This document shows, in pieces, positions 26,708-39,207 of a stretch of 64,000 nucleotides of DNA (its first letter is position 1; every line of letters starts with the position of its first letter). The notes under the pieces were generated by a model, which made no database searches, had not been told where the DNA came from, and was given only the letters and a program-made list of their open reading frames with translations. The position numbers and the translations under genes are program-made. The DNA is taken from the IMG/VR virus record IMGVR_UViG_3300028862_000012, positions 159,866 to 223,865 of that record; one strand, given 5' to 3'.

Positions 26708-28876
26708 ATGTCTTCAAATATAATTGTACCTCATGGAAATCTGGACTCAAAACAATTAGCTAATCTTGTAGATCAAAGCTATGATCTTTTGCAAGGTGAT
26801 ATGGATGTCGCTTTACTGGATGATTTTAGTCAAGCAGATATACTTGAATTAAAGAAAGCATTAAGTGTATTAGCAAATAATCCTAATTTTTCTAATGACC
26901 AAATTTCTAATCTTTTATCTGAAAGCTGGAGAATGCTTTATTATCAAAAGCCTCCTACTATTGAAGAGTTTTTATCTCCTGAATGGTTAGGCGCGACAAG
27001 TGATACTATTCGTCCTCATATACGTGAATGGTTATGTGAATGGTATAATCCAGAAAAAGGATATAGACACTGTTATTTAAGTACAGCTATTGGTATGGGT
27101 AAAAGTTATTTTTCGGTTTTGAATAGTTTGTTTGCAGGAACTAATATAGCATTGATGCGTAATCCTTGGAAAACAATGAGTTCTATATTAGGAGAAGCGT
27201 CACCTATAGCAATTATTTTCGTAAGCTATAGTATTGATAAAGTAACAGAAATATTAATAGAACCATTCAAACAATTTTTAATGACATCAGAATCAAGCTC
27301 AAAGCCTAAGTTTAAAAAATGTAAAACAATTGAGGGTATGAATAAATTTGCAACTGAACATAAGGGTGCAATTATTCCTTGGACTACAGCAGGAGAAACA
27401 AATATATTGACTATTGGTAATCCATTAAATACAGCAAATATAAATTTAAAAGTTGCAAGTGATCCTGCTAGATTATTAGGCTTAACTTTAGTACAAACTA
27501 TATTTACAGAATTAAGTTTCTTCTTGGATAAAGGAAAATCTCCACAATACATTGACAGATTATTTAAAGACGGAGCCGGGAGAATTTTGAGTCGCTTTCC
27601 AAATCAAGAACAGCAAAAATATAAAGATAAAGATAATAATATATTTTCTCCATCAACTACTTTTTGGGCGCGAGACATTATGGATAGCTCTCCTAATAGT
27701 TGGGATAGTCCAATTGATAAATATATTTATAGTGGTGAAGCAGATCGTAATCCAGAAAACTTAATATTCCGTGGTAGTGCTTGGGACATAATGCCAAACA
27801 GTGTACCTAATATAGAAGATAGATTTCCTGTATTTGTTGGTGGAAGCTCTAAAGAACCTCGCATAATAGATGAGTCTGAAATAAAAAACTTTTCTTTAGA
27901 AGAAGTTTTAATGGTTCCAAAGTTTTTCTATAATAAGTTTTATGAAAATATTTGTAAGTCATTAAAAGATATAGCAGGTATTCCTTCTAATGCACAAGGA
28001 AGATTAATAGAGAATATAGAACATATAGAAAATATATTTGTAGGTAATCTACGCAATCAATATAGTTATATCACCGCGCCAAGTAGTAGTATACCAGAGC
28101 GATTAATATGGGATCAAATAAAAAATGAGTTCTTTATTTATGTAAAAGATCACTATGAATTTTATAGAAATAATAATACACCTCGATATATTTCTATTGA
28201 CCAAAGTTATAAAAAAGATACTACTGGTATTAGTATGTGTCATATGGAAGTAAATGAACATGGTGACATTATCTATATTCTGGATTTTACTATAGCAATA
28301 GAACCAAAAGGAAGCAAGATTAATCTTGAAAGTATAAAATGTTTTATAGAAGATTTAGTTACCTTAGGTGGAATAAAAGTAGTAATGGTTAGCTATGATC
28401 ACTTCCAGTCAGAGCAATCAATACAAAGTTTAGAGCGTGTAGGAATACCTGTAAAGCACATATCAGTTGATACAGATATGTCACCATATTTAAATATGGT
28501 TAGCTTAATGGCTCAAGGCAGAATAAAAAGTGGTAAAAATATTTATTTAAAAAATAATTTAAAATCACTTATTCGTTCTGAAACTAAAGTAGCAAAGAAG
28601 CCAAAGATCGATCATATAATTGGTGAAGTTACTGATGAAGCAAATACTAATTGGGATACCTCTACTTTAGGTAAGTATGCAAAGGATATTTCAGATAGCG
28701 CAAGCGCAAGCATTAGTATTGCTATGCGCTTTGGTGAGTATACTGATGGTTTATGGGTATGGAAAGACAGTGAAAGCAAATGCGAACTAAAGGAAGTACT
28801 TGTTAATAAAGCTAAAGATGATTTATTAAAAATGGGAATACGTATACGTCCAGCAAGTCATTTATCCTTTTCGTGA
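26708..28876 (+). CDS. Terminase large subunit
   Basis: Walker A TAIGMGKS, Walker B-like IFTELSF, nuclease YISIDQS..KDTTG, SYDHFQS, KDISDS. Confidence 0.88.
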   Translation: MSSNIIVPHGNLDSKQLANLVDQSYDLLQGDMDVALLDDFSQADILELKKALSVLANNPNFSNDQISNLLSESWRMLYYQKPPTIEEFLSPEWLGATSDTIRPHIREWLCEWYNPEKGYRHCYLSTAIGMGKSYFSVLNSLFAGTNIALMRNPWKTMSSILGEASPIAIIFVSYSIDKVTEILIEPFKQFLMTSESSSKPKFKKCKTIEGMNKFATEHKGAIIPWTTAGETNILTIGNPLNTANINLKVASDPARLLGLTLVQTIFTELSFFLDKGKSPQYIDRLFKDGAGRILSRFPNQEQQKYKDKDNNIFSPSTTFWARDIMDSSPNSWDSPIDKYIYSGEADRNPENLIFRGSAWDIMPNSVPNIEDRFPVFVGGSSKEPRIIDESEIKNFSLEEVLMVPKFFYNKFYENICKSLKDIAGIPSNAQGRLIENIEHIENIFVGNLRNQYSYITAPSSSIPERLIWDQIKNEFFIYVKDHYEFYRNNNTPRYISIDQSYKKDTTGISMCHMEVNEHGDIIYILDFTIAIEPKGSKINLESIKCFIEDLVTLGGIKVVMVSYDHFQSEQSIQSLERVGIPVKHISVDTDMSPYLNMVSLMAQGRIKSGKNIYLKNNLKSLIRSETKVAKKPKIDHIIGEVTDEANTNWDTSTLGKYAKDISDSASASISIAMRFGEYTDGLWVWKDSESKCELKEVLVNKAKDDLLKMGIRIRPASHLSFS

Positions 28877-29195
28877 TTACTGAACCTCTTCTTTTTCTTT
28901 CTTCCATAATAAATACCATCCCATAGCACAACCAGTAGTTTCTTCCCATGTACAAGATATATTACAGGTGTGGCAATAAGTTTCATCTATTACTAATTTT
29001 AATAATTCCATTTCTTCTGTAGTAGGAAGTTTACATTTTGTAAAAGTATTCATTGTATCTCCTTGATATACTCTATTTCAGGTTGTTTACTGACTCTTTT
29101 TTTAGTAATTATATTTTTATGTAAAGTACAATACTCTTTAGTAACATTATGACCTTTTTCTATACCTTCTATTTTTATTTTTCTCTTTTTAGACA

Positions 29196-31252
29196 TTATA
29201 ATTCCTGAATAAAACTATTAATCCACTCTTTTATTTCTTCTATAGTAGGTTTATAATTAATAATAAAAATTAATAAATCTGTCAGAGCTTCTTTCTTTGC
29301 TATAGGTTCTGTTGTTTTACAACCAGAAAAAAATCCTTGAGCAAACGGCTGATATTCTGCAAATTGCTTTCCAAAGTCAAGTTCTTCATCTGAAGCTTGT
29401 TCTGGAATTTTATTATCAATCAAACCTTTTATTAGTTCAGTAGTCATAAATTACTCCTTATATGTGTCTTTATTAAAACAAAGTTTATGTAGATCCATTC
29501 CATTATTTACTTGATAGTAAGCTGAGTCTATAGGAACTTTATTATAAAGTAGATATCCAATAACAGCTTTATAATCCTTTCTGCCTATATCTAAAATAAT
29601 CATATAAGGAATAATTGCTTCTATTGAAACATCCTCCATAGATTGAATAAACTTAATTATATCTTGCTTATGACAGCTTTGATATTCAAAGTCAAACTCA
29701 TCCATTATAATTAGTCTGTATTCATCACCCATGTTAGTTTCCTTTTAGATTACTTTTTTATTCTTATTATTCATTCTTATAAACTCTTTAAAAAACAAGA
29801 TAGCTTCTTCATCAGAGCTAAAACATTTACAAAAAGTTGAAGAAGGATCTACTTGCATTAAATTATTTACAGGGCATTCAAGACAGGCAATATAGTCACA
29901 ATTACCTTGTTTAATTATTTTTTCAGCAATTATTAAATGACCTACTTCCATATGATCCTTTTCCATATTATTTTCCTTTATATCTAAAATATTGTTTATC
30001 AGATGGACTTTTGTAATGAGCTTTTTTAGGCAAACTAAATGTATTTCTAAAAAGTTCATCATTTAAAATAAAGCGTCCTAGCTCCCAACTATTATAATTA
30101 TATTCTCGTTCAACACTGATTGATTTTGCATATTCTAATTCAATAGGAAAATCATCTTTACTTGTAAATCGAGTTATTTCCTTTTCAGTATAAATACCCA
30201 CTTTTAAAAGATTTGGTGTATATCCACTACTATTTGGTCCCCATAAACAAATAGCATAATCACCTGAACCAGTATGTCGCATACAAGCTACTACATATTT
30301 TTTATTATCTTCAATATTAGTAATAGGTTTTGTATCAATGTCTTCAATAGTATTTTCCATTAATATCTCCTTATATAAACTTAGTTATTATTTTTTACAG
30401 GTTTATCACAACATTTACTATAAATCCAAATAATAAAGTAACTTAAAATAAGTGATAATATTACTGAACTTACTAATAGAATAATAATAAATTGCGGATT
30501 ATAATAATCAGCTAGATATAATATCCATGTTTGTTTTTCATAAAGCTTATACCCGTCTATATGATGAACGTATAATTGAACTTCCTTCTTTCCATTAGAC
30601 ACAATTAGTGTTCCATCTCCTTCATAGCCACTTGATTTATAATTATAAGCATAAGGAAGAATATCTACCGTAGTCATAGTATAAGCTTTCGGATGTTGCT
30701 CGTCAAAAGTACAACCGGCTACAAATATTGATACGAAAAAGATAATTACTAAAAATGTGAATCCAATGGAGTGATCGTCTTCACTATCACTACTGCTACC
30801 TCCACCACCACTGCTGTTTCTATTACGCTTTATACATTCATTTGCGGCAAAAATATCAACTGCATTCATATAATCTCCTTATACTAAATATCATCATATC
30901 GTGATTCTTTTTCTATCCATATAGGATTACTTAAAGTAGCTTCTGCTGTAGTAATAAGATTTTTTTGCTCTGCAATCATTGAGGTAAGTCTTTTAACAAA
31001 ATAATCTTTTAATTTAGCTTTGTTATCTTCAATAGACACAGTATCTTCTAATGACAGTATATAAAAATTCTGATAATTTAATGAATTATTATATGTAATA
31101 GAATCAATTACACCAATTTTATTTTTTGCTATGCGTTTTTTATCCCATACATAGCTTGCCTTTGTTTCAGTATACTCAGGATAATGATACAGGTTTATTT
31201 CAAGCTTACCTGTAACTCCATTATAACTTCCAGAAATTTTTACTAAATGCAT
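29196..31252 (-). other. Cluster of small hypothetical ORFs (one membrane protein 30381..30869)
   Basis: ORF track. Confidence 0.65.
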
Positions 31253-31483
31253 AACTACCTCTAATCAATTAAATGTAAAACATATTTAAGTATAGCCCAT
31301 ACGGGAATATTAGTAATATTTGTAATAAATAAACGAAGTAATATATCGTTCTTTGTTTTATCCCGTTTAGCACTCCAAAGAATAGTAATTATATTAAGTA
31401 TTAGAAAATACATTATTTATCTCTCCTATTTAAAAATAAAACTATACTGATATACATTTTATATCAGTATAGATTTTATAAAA

Positions 31484-32008
31484 CTAATAACCCTTTGGCA
31501 CGTATGCCAGCATTTCTGATGGAAGCTTATACGGTAAACAAACTACATTTGGTTCAAAATAAGCAGGAATGGCTTTACCATTAGGAGATATCATCATTAG
31601 CCAAGTTCCCGCAGACGAAGAGGGAGAAAATAGTCCATTTGGATCTGCTTGATTTATAACATAAGGATAAGCATAATGATCACTACCATTCTTTGTAGGA
31701 TTAGTATATTGGGTAGAATAGGGAATAGGATATCCAATAGTATTGCCAACAAAAATAAACTTTCCTGTCATATCAGAAAATAGATAACTGTAGGTAATAT
31801 AACTTGATTTATCCCGTAGTTCAAGAATTGATTTTAACATTTTCTTTTCACGAAATTCGGTAATAGCGGGCATACCTATTTCAGAACTACCTTCAGCAAG
31901 TATTTTCTCTTGCTGTACTTTTGCTACATCATCGGATGTAGGTGTGTAGTCACACGATGTAAATAGAATTCCGATAAATATTGCAACCATGATAAGTTTA
32001 AATTTCAT
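31484..32008 (-). CDS. Putative lipoprotein
   Basis: Signal peptide with lipobox FTSC. Confidence 0.7.
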   Translation of the reverse strand: MKFKLIMVAIFIGILFTSCDYTPTSDDVAKVQQEKILAEGSSEIGMPAITEFREKKMLKSILELRDKSSYITYSYLFSDMTGKFIFVGNTIGYPIPYSTQYTNPTKNGSDHYAYPYVINQADPNGLFSPSSSAGTWLMMISPNGKAIPAYFEPNVVCLPYKLPSEMLAYVPKGY

Positions 32009-32009
32009 T

Positions 32010-32342
32010 TTACTCTTCCTTCAAGTTAATAATAAATGTTCTCAAATCAGATGGAAACATTTTCAGTTCATATCCAGCTACTTTGTGCAAAATTAAATCT
32101 TTCAAACCAGATTTAATTACAGGGTCTGTAGCTTTAATATAGTCTTTCTCCATATCATAGATATCTTGAGCCATACCTTCATTATAAGCCTGACTCTGCT
32201 TAAATGTATCCCTCCTTACCTGTTCATACTGAGGCATAAATACTTTAGCCATAAAAAAGTCATTACCTTGAAATGCCCAGCAGGTTACAAATAATCCTAC
32301 AATGCAAGCCAAGCCAATAAGAAAACCTTTAAATATATTCAT
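32010..32342 (-). CDS. Membrane-anchored protein paired with the lipoprotein
   Basis: N-terminal TM helix; adjacent co-oriented gene. Confidence 0.6.
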   Translation of the reverse strand: MNIFKGFLIGLACIVGLFVTCWAFQGNDFFMAKVFMPQYEQVRRDTFKQSQAYNEGMAQDIYDMEKDYIKATDPVIKSGLKDLILHKVAGYELKMFPSDLRTFIINLKEE

Positions 32343-32463
32343 GTAAACTCCTTTTAAAAAAGTAAAAGATTACTAATCATAATTACTTATTCCATTTAGC
32401 TTTATACAATTCAATAAACTCTATAGGAAAATCAGATTTCCATCCACAATTAGGACAAACAAA

Positions 32464-35400
32464 TTATTTTCCATTAAAATAAGTAGAATGCTTTTCTAGT
32501 AAATCGTTAATATATTGTTTTACTGTTGTATCTGTAGCTCTAACATCTTCTGTACAATATATTTCAAGTAGTACTTTTTCAATTATATTAATATAAGTAT
32601 CAATTAGCTCTGCACTATTTTCATTTAATCGCTTATATATTAGTTCTGCCTTTTCTCTAATTGCAAGTGTATGGTTCATAACTCCCTTTACAGCATATCA
32701 TCAGTAAATTTAAAGTTTGTAAGATCAGGAGCAGTCTCAATTACTACTTTCATATCTTTGTTAAAAGTAGAAAAATGAGAATTCATTTTATTAATAGCCT
32801 CTTTCATTATATCTACGGATTCTTTTATTTCATTATAGCATAACTCCATACACTTAATAATTTCTGATTCAGTTAAGCAATAGCTACAACGAGACATGAA
32901 ATCATATGAATCACAATAATATTTTACACAGGTATTTAACTCATCTTTTAATTGATCATCAGATTTTGGAAAAGTCTTAACTTCTGATAGATCTTCTTTA
33001 GATTTTATGAGCATGTTTGAAATCTCATTAATCGATGAACTTTTACTTTCTGCAAGCTTCATGATATCTTCTAATAGCTTTGTTGTAACAATAGACTCCG
33101 CAGAGCGAAATCCTGATATAAATCCATATGCTTCATGTTTTGCCATATCATAATTACCGGGATAGCGTGTAGCTATATCACAAGCTAAAAATAAAACAGT
33201 ATCAGGTATTGTATGGTTTGAGAACTTTTCAAACTCTTCTATAATTATATCATTTTCATTCATAGTTACTCCTTAGTAAGTAAGTCATAAAGTATATCTG
33301 CACTTTTCCGTTTTGCACCATCTATGGAAATAATGCCGTAAGGTGAAAAACCTATATTTGATAAATCAGAATTAGATAAGCTATTATCGTTCTCCGATGC
33401 ATTTGAAGCTAGTATGTTTAATGCAGATCGCAATTGCCGTTTTTCTGTATCAGTATATTTCATGTAAACTCCTTTATTACAAATTTTTGTTCTGTATCTT
33501 TTATTTTTTTAGTACTGCAATTTCTAATTTCTATATCTGTAGCTTTACAGATTTTATTGTCACAATACCAAAAACAATTTTTAATACACCATTTTCTTTT
33601 AAACAATCTAAATAAAATTTGTGTTTTTATGTTAGAAAGTTTAATATAAAATAGGTAAGATTTGTTCATATAAATTCCTTTGTATCTATATTCCAAAAAG
33701 TAAACTCATTATTGTTACGAGTATATTTAACAATACCTTGTTCAATACCTGTAATTATAGTAAATGCTTTGTTTATATTAAGTTCATTGTCTTCAATGCA
33801 ATGAGTAATAATATTATGATAACTAAGATCAGGATTTAACCAAATAGTATCTATTCTATCAAGTGACCTAAATAATTGTTTTCTGTATTTAGATATGTTG
33901 CTTTTCATATTACCTCTTTAAATTTTAGTCCAATCCATAAAAGTTTGATATGAGAAATCTTTATTTTCCCATTTGAGAGTAAGCGTATTATATATTTGAA
34001 TAACTTCATATAATTGAAACCATACTTTGTAACATCCTGCTTTAACAGGAAACAAGGCAAAACCTTTTTTAATACGGGAGTTCCCATTTTTAGGCATTTC
34101 TTTAATCATAGTATCTCCTTAAAATAAAAGTTTCCAATGAGTAGCACAATAAATAAGACCTGCAATAAATAATACTACAAGTATACCCTGACTTACTTGA
34201 CCTAACAAAGGATACATTTTAGCTCCCTTAAATTTCTGTTTATTTTATCCTGAAGATTATTCAATTCAGGTGTTTCATTTTCAGCATAGTAGTCAATCGA
34301 GTTTGTTTCTTTGCGATACTTTCCACTAAAAAGAAACTTACCACTGAAGCGCCATTCTGTACAAGGATATCTATGAGAAGAAAGGTGAGCATAAATAAAA
34401 TCACCACGAGTTACTTCACAAGCGCCACCGTATTCTACGAGTATTGAATAAACGTTATCAAAGAAGGTATATTCTTTTTCATACTGTTCTTTGGAAAGGT
34501 TTGTAGTTCTGTTTCCTTCATTCCAGATTTTATATATTCGATAGGACTCTTGAATATCAGTTTTCATAATTATTCCTTTTCACAAACAGTCATATTTTCA
34601 CAATTGAAATACCAAGATTCATTGCCTGTTACCTGAAAGTCTTCAATTAAAACTTTTCTGCAACGGGTAAGAATATCTGACCAGCACATATGCCAGCAAC
34701 TATCGTGATTAACAAGCTCTTCCCACTCTGAAGGTTTGAAAAAATTTTCAATAGCGAGTGTTCGCCATTCTACTTTTACACAACGGCTTCCTTCATTAGA
34801 GCTATAACGAATTTGAAAATTAATTTTTTGTCCAATATCATTTCCATCTGCATCATAACAAGTATGATCAAAACGAAAATCATATTGCATTATCTTTCCT
34901 TTACCTCGAAAGAGTGAGTTAAAGGTTTCATAACACATTGATTCTGCAACATTAAAAGTCATGTAAACAATATCATCAGACATATTAACCCCTTTCTATC
35001 CAGCAATTTGCTCTACCATTCCAATTATTATCAAGCTTGATATCAGCCCAATCATACAATCCTGTCATGCAGTAATTAAATTCATCATAGCCAGATTCAG
35101 GATTACTGGCAATGTCATCAAAGTTTTCAATGACTGCTTCAAGTGCAGAATCATCTTGAATATGAAAAGCTTTCAATTTTCTGACGATTGCTTCAGCGGT
35201 TTTGTAAACCAATGATTCATCATCATTAGAGGCTTTCCATTCCGTTGCTATATTAAGTGTATGCATCCATTTGCTCATATTACAGTCCTTTGTATAAATC
35301 AATCACTTCTATTTCAGTATATTCACTGAAATATTTTTGCCGTTCTGCTATTTCCTCTTCTGTGAACTGCAAGGCAAGTCTGATGCTTGCACTCCAACTA

Positions 35401-35950
35401 GGATTAGGAATATCAGCCATAAGATATTCACCATTACGACAAATAAGATAATGATGATCTTTGATATAATCCTTTACAATACTACTGGCATAGCACCAAA
35501 CATCTTCAATTCTTTCTGTAGAGTTAAAGTTTATTTTATTTTCAACAAAGGTAATTCCCAAACCAACAATTTGTTTGGATAGCTCAAATACGTTCATATG
35601 ACTTCCTTTACAATATTGTATCCACAGTCATAGTGATATGCTTCACCACGAGATGACCATACTTCGGAAGTGTTGGTATCATTAGTATCAATCCACTGAT
35701 CAACAGTGAATTTATAATGATATCCCTTATAAGTGTTTGACTTTTTTACACGAACTTTTCCACGAGACTTGGTAAGGTAAGTTTTACCTTCTTCAATGAA
35801 GATGAATTTTACTATACCGTTTAAATAATAAGGAGTTCCATCAGGTTTTTCAATATCAACATTAATCCATGTATTTTTTCCAACTTCACAGTCAGAAATA
35901 TAGTCATCAAATACATTACCAATTTCACCTGATTCAAGCTCAACCTTCAT
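32464..35950 (-). other. Cluster of ~11 small hypothetical ORFs
   Basis: ORF track. Confidence 0.65.
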
Positions 35951-35970
35951 ATTGTTTACCTCACTTAATT

Positions 35971-36058
35971 ATCATATCATTATTTTACTTTGCTGTCAAA
36001 TAAAAAACGTATAGTTTAGTAAATATTTTTTAATAAATACTAAAGCTACTTTAGTTAA
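35971..36058 (-). promoter_or_regulatory. Early promoter with conserved upstream block, copy A
   Basis: TTGACA(35994-35999)-17-TATGAT plus ~60 bp similar to copies B and C. Confidence 0.8.
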
Positions 36059-36059
36059 A

Positions 36060-36665
36060 CTAAAGATGATACAGATCAGTCATGCAAGCCCAATAGTTTT
36101 CTGCTATTTTATGTGATTGCATAGCTTTATAGCCATCAGTATTATTAGCTATATGATGCTCCGCTATATAACTAAACTTAACCTTTTGATTTTGATTGGC
36201 ACTAATCAATTGTGAGTAGGCTATTTCGACATCTTTAGGCTTAAAGCTGTATAGATCATTATGGCTTTTGAAGCGCATGTCTTCTTTTCCGTTCTTGCAT
36301 AAGAATAGTCCAAAGCCAGCTTCATCCTTAAATAAAACAGACTCTTGATCAAACTTTTTTCCTAAATATAGGATATCTCCAAAATCTATATTAGGAATAA
36401 AAAAGCTTTTTTCTTCCCGTATTCCTAATTCACCAGTATCTATATCTTTATAACTATATCCTGAACGCTGTTCAATGTAGCCATAGTGAAGACCTCTGAT
36501 AGTTTTTCGTAATTCTTCATGCCTTTCTAGGTTTTGTTCTTCTGAAAAAAGATCCTGTCTATATGCAGAAACTACTCCAAAGGTAGTATTGGGATTATTT
36601 ATGTGTTGCCAGACTCGGCTTAAACTTGATTCTATTAATCGGATGTTTCCTTCATTGATGCTCAT
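36060..36665 (-). CDS. Hypothetical phage protein
   Basis: 201 aa; TAACTATT motif and GGAG RBS upstream. Confidence 0.7.
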   Translation of the reverse strand: MSINEGNIRLIESSLSRVWQHINNPNTTFGVVSAYRQDLFSEEQNLERHEELRKTIRGLHYGYIEQRSGYSYKDIDTGELGIREEKSFFIPNIDFGDILYLGKKFDQESVLFKDEAGFGLFLCKNGKEDMRFKSHNDLYSFKPKDVEIAYSQLISANQNQKVKFSYIAEHHIANNTDGYKAMQSHKIAENYWACMTDLYHL

Positions 36666-36706
36666 AATTATTACTCCTTTCTAATAGTTAGATCAGCTGT
36701 ATAGTA

Positions 36707-36797
36707 AGCATACATTTTATTTACTTTAATGTCAATTAAAAAAGTGCTATTTTAGTAATTATTTTTTAACATATACTTAACTATCTTTAGTATAGTT
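36707..36797 (-). promoter_or_regulatory. Early promoter with conserved upstream block, copy B
   Basis: TTGACA(36730-36735)-17-TATGCT. Confidence 0.8.
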
Positions 36798-36863
36798 AAA
36801 GTTAAAAAGAGGTATTCTATGGAAGAAAAATGCATTTATTTTATAAAAAAGTAATATATTTAC

Positions 36864-36892
36864 TTGACAGTAAACTAATAATATGATATATT
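36864..36892 (+). promoter_or_regulatory. sigma70-type promoter divergent from copy B
   Basis: TTGACA-17-TATATT. Confidence 0.75.
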
Positions 36893-36927
36893 GTATATAA
36901 GGTGATTGATACCTGAAGGGGTAAAAG

Positions 36928-37371
36928 ATGATGAAGTATATGCATAAAGAGACTGGATCAGTGGACACTCGTGATGGATGGATCGAGTCTGTGCCTGTAG
37001 ACGAGTTGCAAGAGCTTGGCCTTGAGAGGTTTACCGCCACACAAGTAGTTGATAAATACATCAAAGAGGGTGTTTTGATCGAGTATGTTGATCCTCCCAT
37101 TGATCATACAACAAACTCCTACGGTGACATTACGGTTGATGGTAAAGTGTATCATCTTACCGGCGATGCCGGTATGACAAGCCGATTGACTGACGAGCCG
37201 TATCATGAGGCAATCGAGGGTGAAGAGTACATTTTTGAGATGTCCGCTCCTGCAAATGATAATGCCGGTAACGACTATGTAGTTTTTTGGATGTTCCGCG
37301 CAACCAAAGGCGAGGAAAAAGAGCTTGACGAATACAACTACAGTGTCCCGTCAAAAATTGAGTTGATATAG
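36928..37371 (+). CDS. Acidic hypothetical protein on a GC-richer patch
   Basis: 147 aa; first gene after a strong promoter; opposite to flanking strand. Confidence 0.7.
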   Translation: MMKYMHKETGSVDTRDGWIESVPVDELQELGLERFTATQVVDKYIKEGVLIEYVDPPIDHTTNSYGDITVDGKVYHLTGDAGMTSRLTDEPYHEAIEGEEYIFEMSAPANDNAGNDYVVFWMFRATKGEEKELDEYNYSVPSKIELI

Positions 37372-37480
37372 CAAACAATCCAGAGATTTAACTGGGCAAG
37401 GAATGAAATTAATAATAGTTTTATTTCCTTAAAATAAGGAGTAAAAGATTAAAAGAAACTTTTTTGCAGGTTATAGTTAC

Positions 37481-37717
37481 ATGGGTGTTAATTTTACTTT
37501 TGACAGTCCGTGCTGGTTAGTGTTTATGTTTGACTCAAAAAAAGAGCGCGATGTATGGGTCAAAGAACATGAATATGTTGATGGTAACATAAAAGCTATT
37601 GCTATTACTCAAAAAGTTGCCTATCAAATACTGGGTGTAACTCCTGCTAAACTAAGTCAGGGACAATATATCAGTGATGCATCAAGCGGTCGTCCAAACG
37701 AGGTTATGTTCTGCTAA
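37481..37717 (+). CDS. Hypothetical protein
   Basis: ORF track. Confidence 0.6.
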   Translation: MGVNFTFDSPCWLVFMFDSKKERDVWVKEHEYVDGNIKAIAITQKVAYQILGVTPAKLSQGQYISDASSGRPNEVMFC

Positions 37718-37727
37718 TATCCTGCAA

Positions 37728-37766
37728 GAAGAGTTATATGTTATTCAATCTTTCATATAACTCTTC
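37728..37766. terminator. 13-bp perfect hairpin between convergent genes
   Basis: GAAGAGTTATATG / CATATAACTCTTC. Confidence 0.6.
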
Positions 37767-38849
37767 TATGCTTATACACTGATCACATCCAGAAATTTTA
37801 ATTATTTCATTATGTTCTTCATTGCAAGATTCTTCATTAAAGTGATACCAGTCATCTTTAAATAAGCAAACGCCGTAAGCAGTCATTAATGTTTTAAAAT
37901 CTTTTAGAAATAAGTAAAATTCTTTACTCATACTATTTTATCCACTTCTTTTATTACTGAATCTAATCCACGCACATCATTACATACTTCCAGTGCATCA
38001 TAAGTATGTAACTGCTTTTTAATTCGAGTAAGTAACTCTACAGATACAGGTATAGTAACTTCTTTAGATAAATAATCATTTGTTGATTGAATAAGTTTAT
38101 TAGCTGTTGCTTTATAGAGAAAGGACTCATTTAAATAAACACTACTTAAAAATAATACATTTTCTAAAAACTCTTCTGATACTTCTACACTCATTACATA
38201 TCCTTATTTAATAATAGCGTGACGATACATATAGTCTTCTGTATCTTGCTTCTCTGCTTCTTTCCTTAATTTATCTGCTTCATCATCTTTTCCAATAGAT
38301 CGAAGATAGCGTACTTGATTTAAGGATTTTGCATAGCGTTCTTCTGCCTGTCTTTGTAACTGTTCAAAATAATCTTTTTTAAGTTTTGTAACTACGCTTA
38401 CGCCTAATGCTTTTTTAATACATTGAGAGCCAAAATCAAGAGTATCACCTGTATCAGTATCAAGCACTGTAAAAGCTTTCGTTATTGCACGTTTATGACA
38501 GTAATCACATACTGTTTCTTTTTCCTGTATTCCTAATAGTTTATATCGCATAAATTAATAGTTAGTTTCTGCAAGTAATTTTATTTCTATAATTACTAAA
38601 GTTCAAACAAGCACTACAGTTTTTATTACAAAGTGACACTAGCTTATAATCTAATTCCCATTCATCATTACTCATTTTATATATTTCAACATCTGCATGA
38701 GTATTATATCGTTTAATAGTTTCTTCTGCATAGGTATCAAAATCTTTTTGATTAGCATATACCCGCTTCTTAATAATCTTATGACTTAAACAATTTCTAC
38801 TTACTACTTTATAAACCATTATTATCTCCTTTATCATGAACAGTTCCAA
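37734..38849 (-). other. Four small hypothetical ORFs
   Basis: ORF track. Confidence 0.65.
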
Positions 38850-39207
38850 CTATTTTTCTTAATTCTACACCTGCTTCAAATAAGGAAAAAATATTACTTG
38901 GGTTAATCTCATTATATGCACAAAAATTTCCTTTATAGAAAACTACAATCCACAATGCATACTGATCTTTGTCACCTAGTTGTAACCTATCTCCTACATA
39001 TACAGGAAGTTTGTCACAATCATATAATCCTATAAATTGTTCTAATATATAATTATGAATATAATCATCAGACCAACCAATAGTTCTATCACGTAAAACT
39101 TTAGAAATAGAGTCATACTTCCATTCAAGTAAACCAACAGAAAAATATTTTCTTTCATCTAAATCATATGCACGAAACATTGGTACATAGTCTAAGTTAT
39201 TATTCAT
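38809..39207 (-). CDS. YopX-family protein
   Basis: FRAYD, LEQFIGLYD..K..VYVGD, IVGTVHD motifs. Confidence 0.75.
   Translation of the reverse strand: MNNNLDYVPMFRAYDLDERKYFSVGLLEWKYDSISKVLRDRTIGWSDDYIHNYILEQFIGLYDCDKLPVYVGDRLQLGDKDQYALWIVVFYKGNFCAYNEINPSNIFSLFEAGVELRKIVGTVHDKGDNNGL

Noticed and set aside
31825-31834. Self-target of the mini-array spacer (GAATTGATTT)
   Set aside because: Only 10 nt match, no TTTV PAM; expected by chance.
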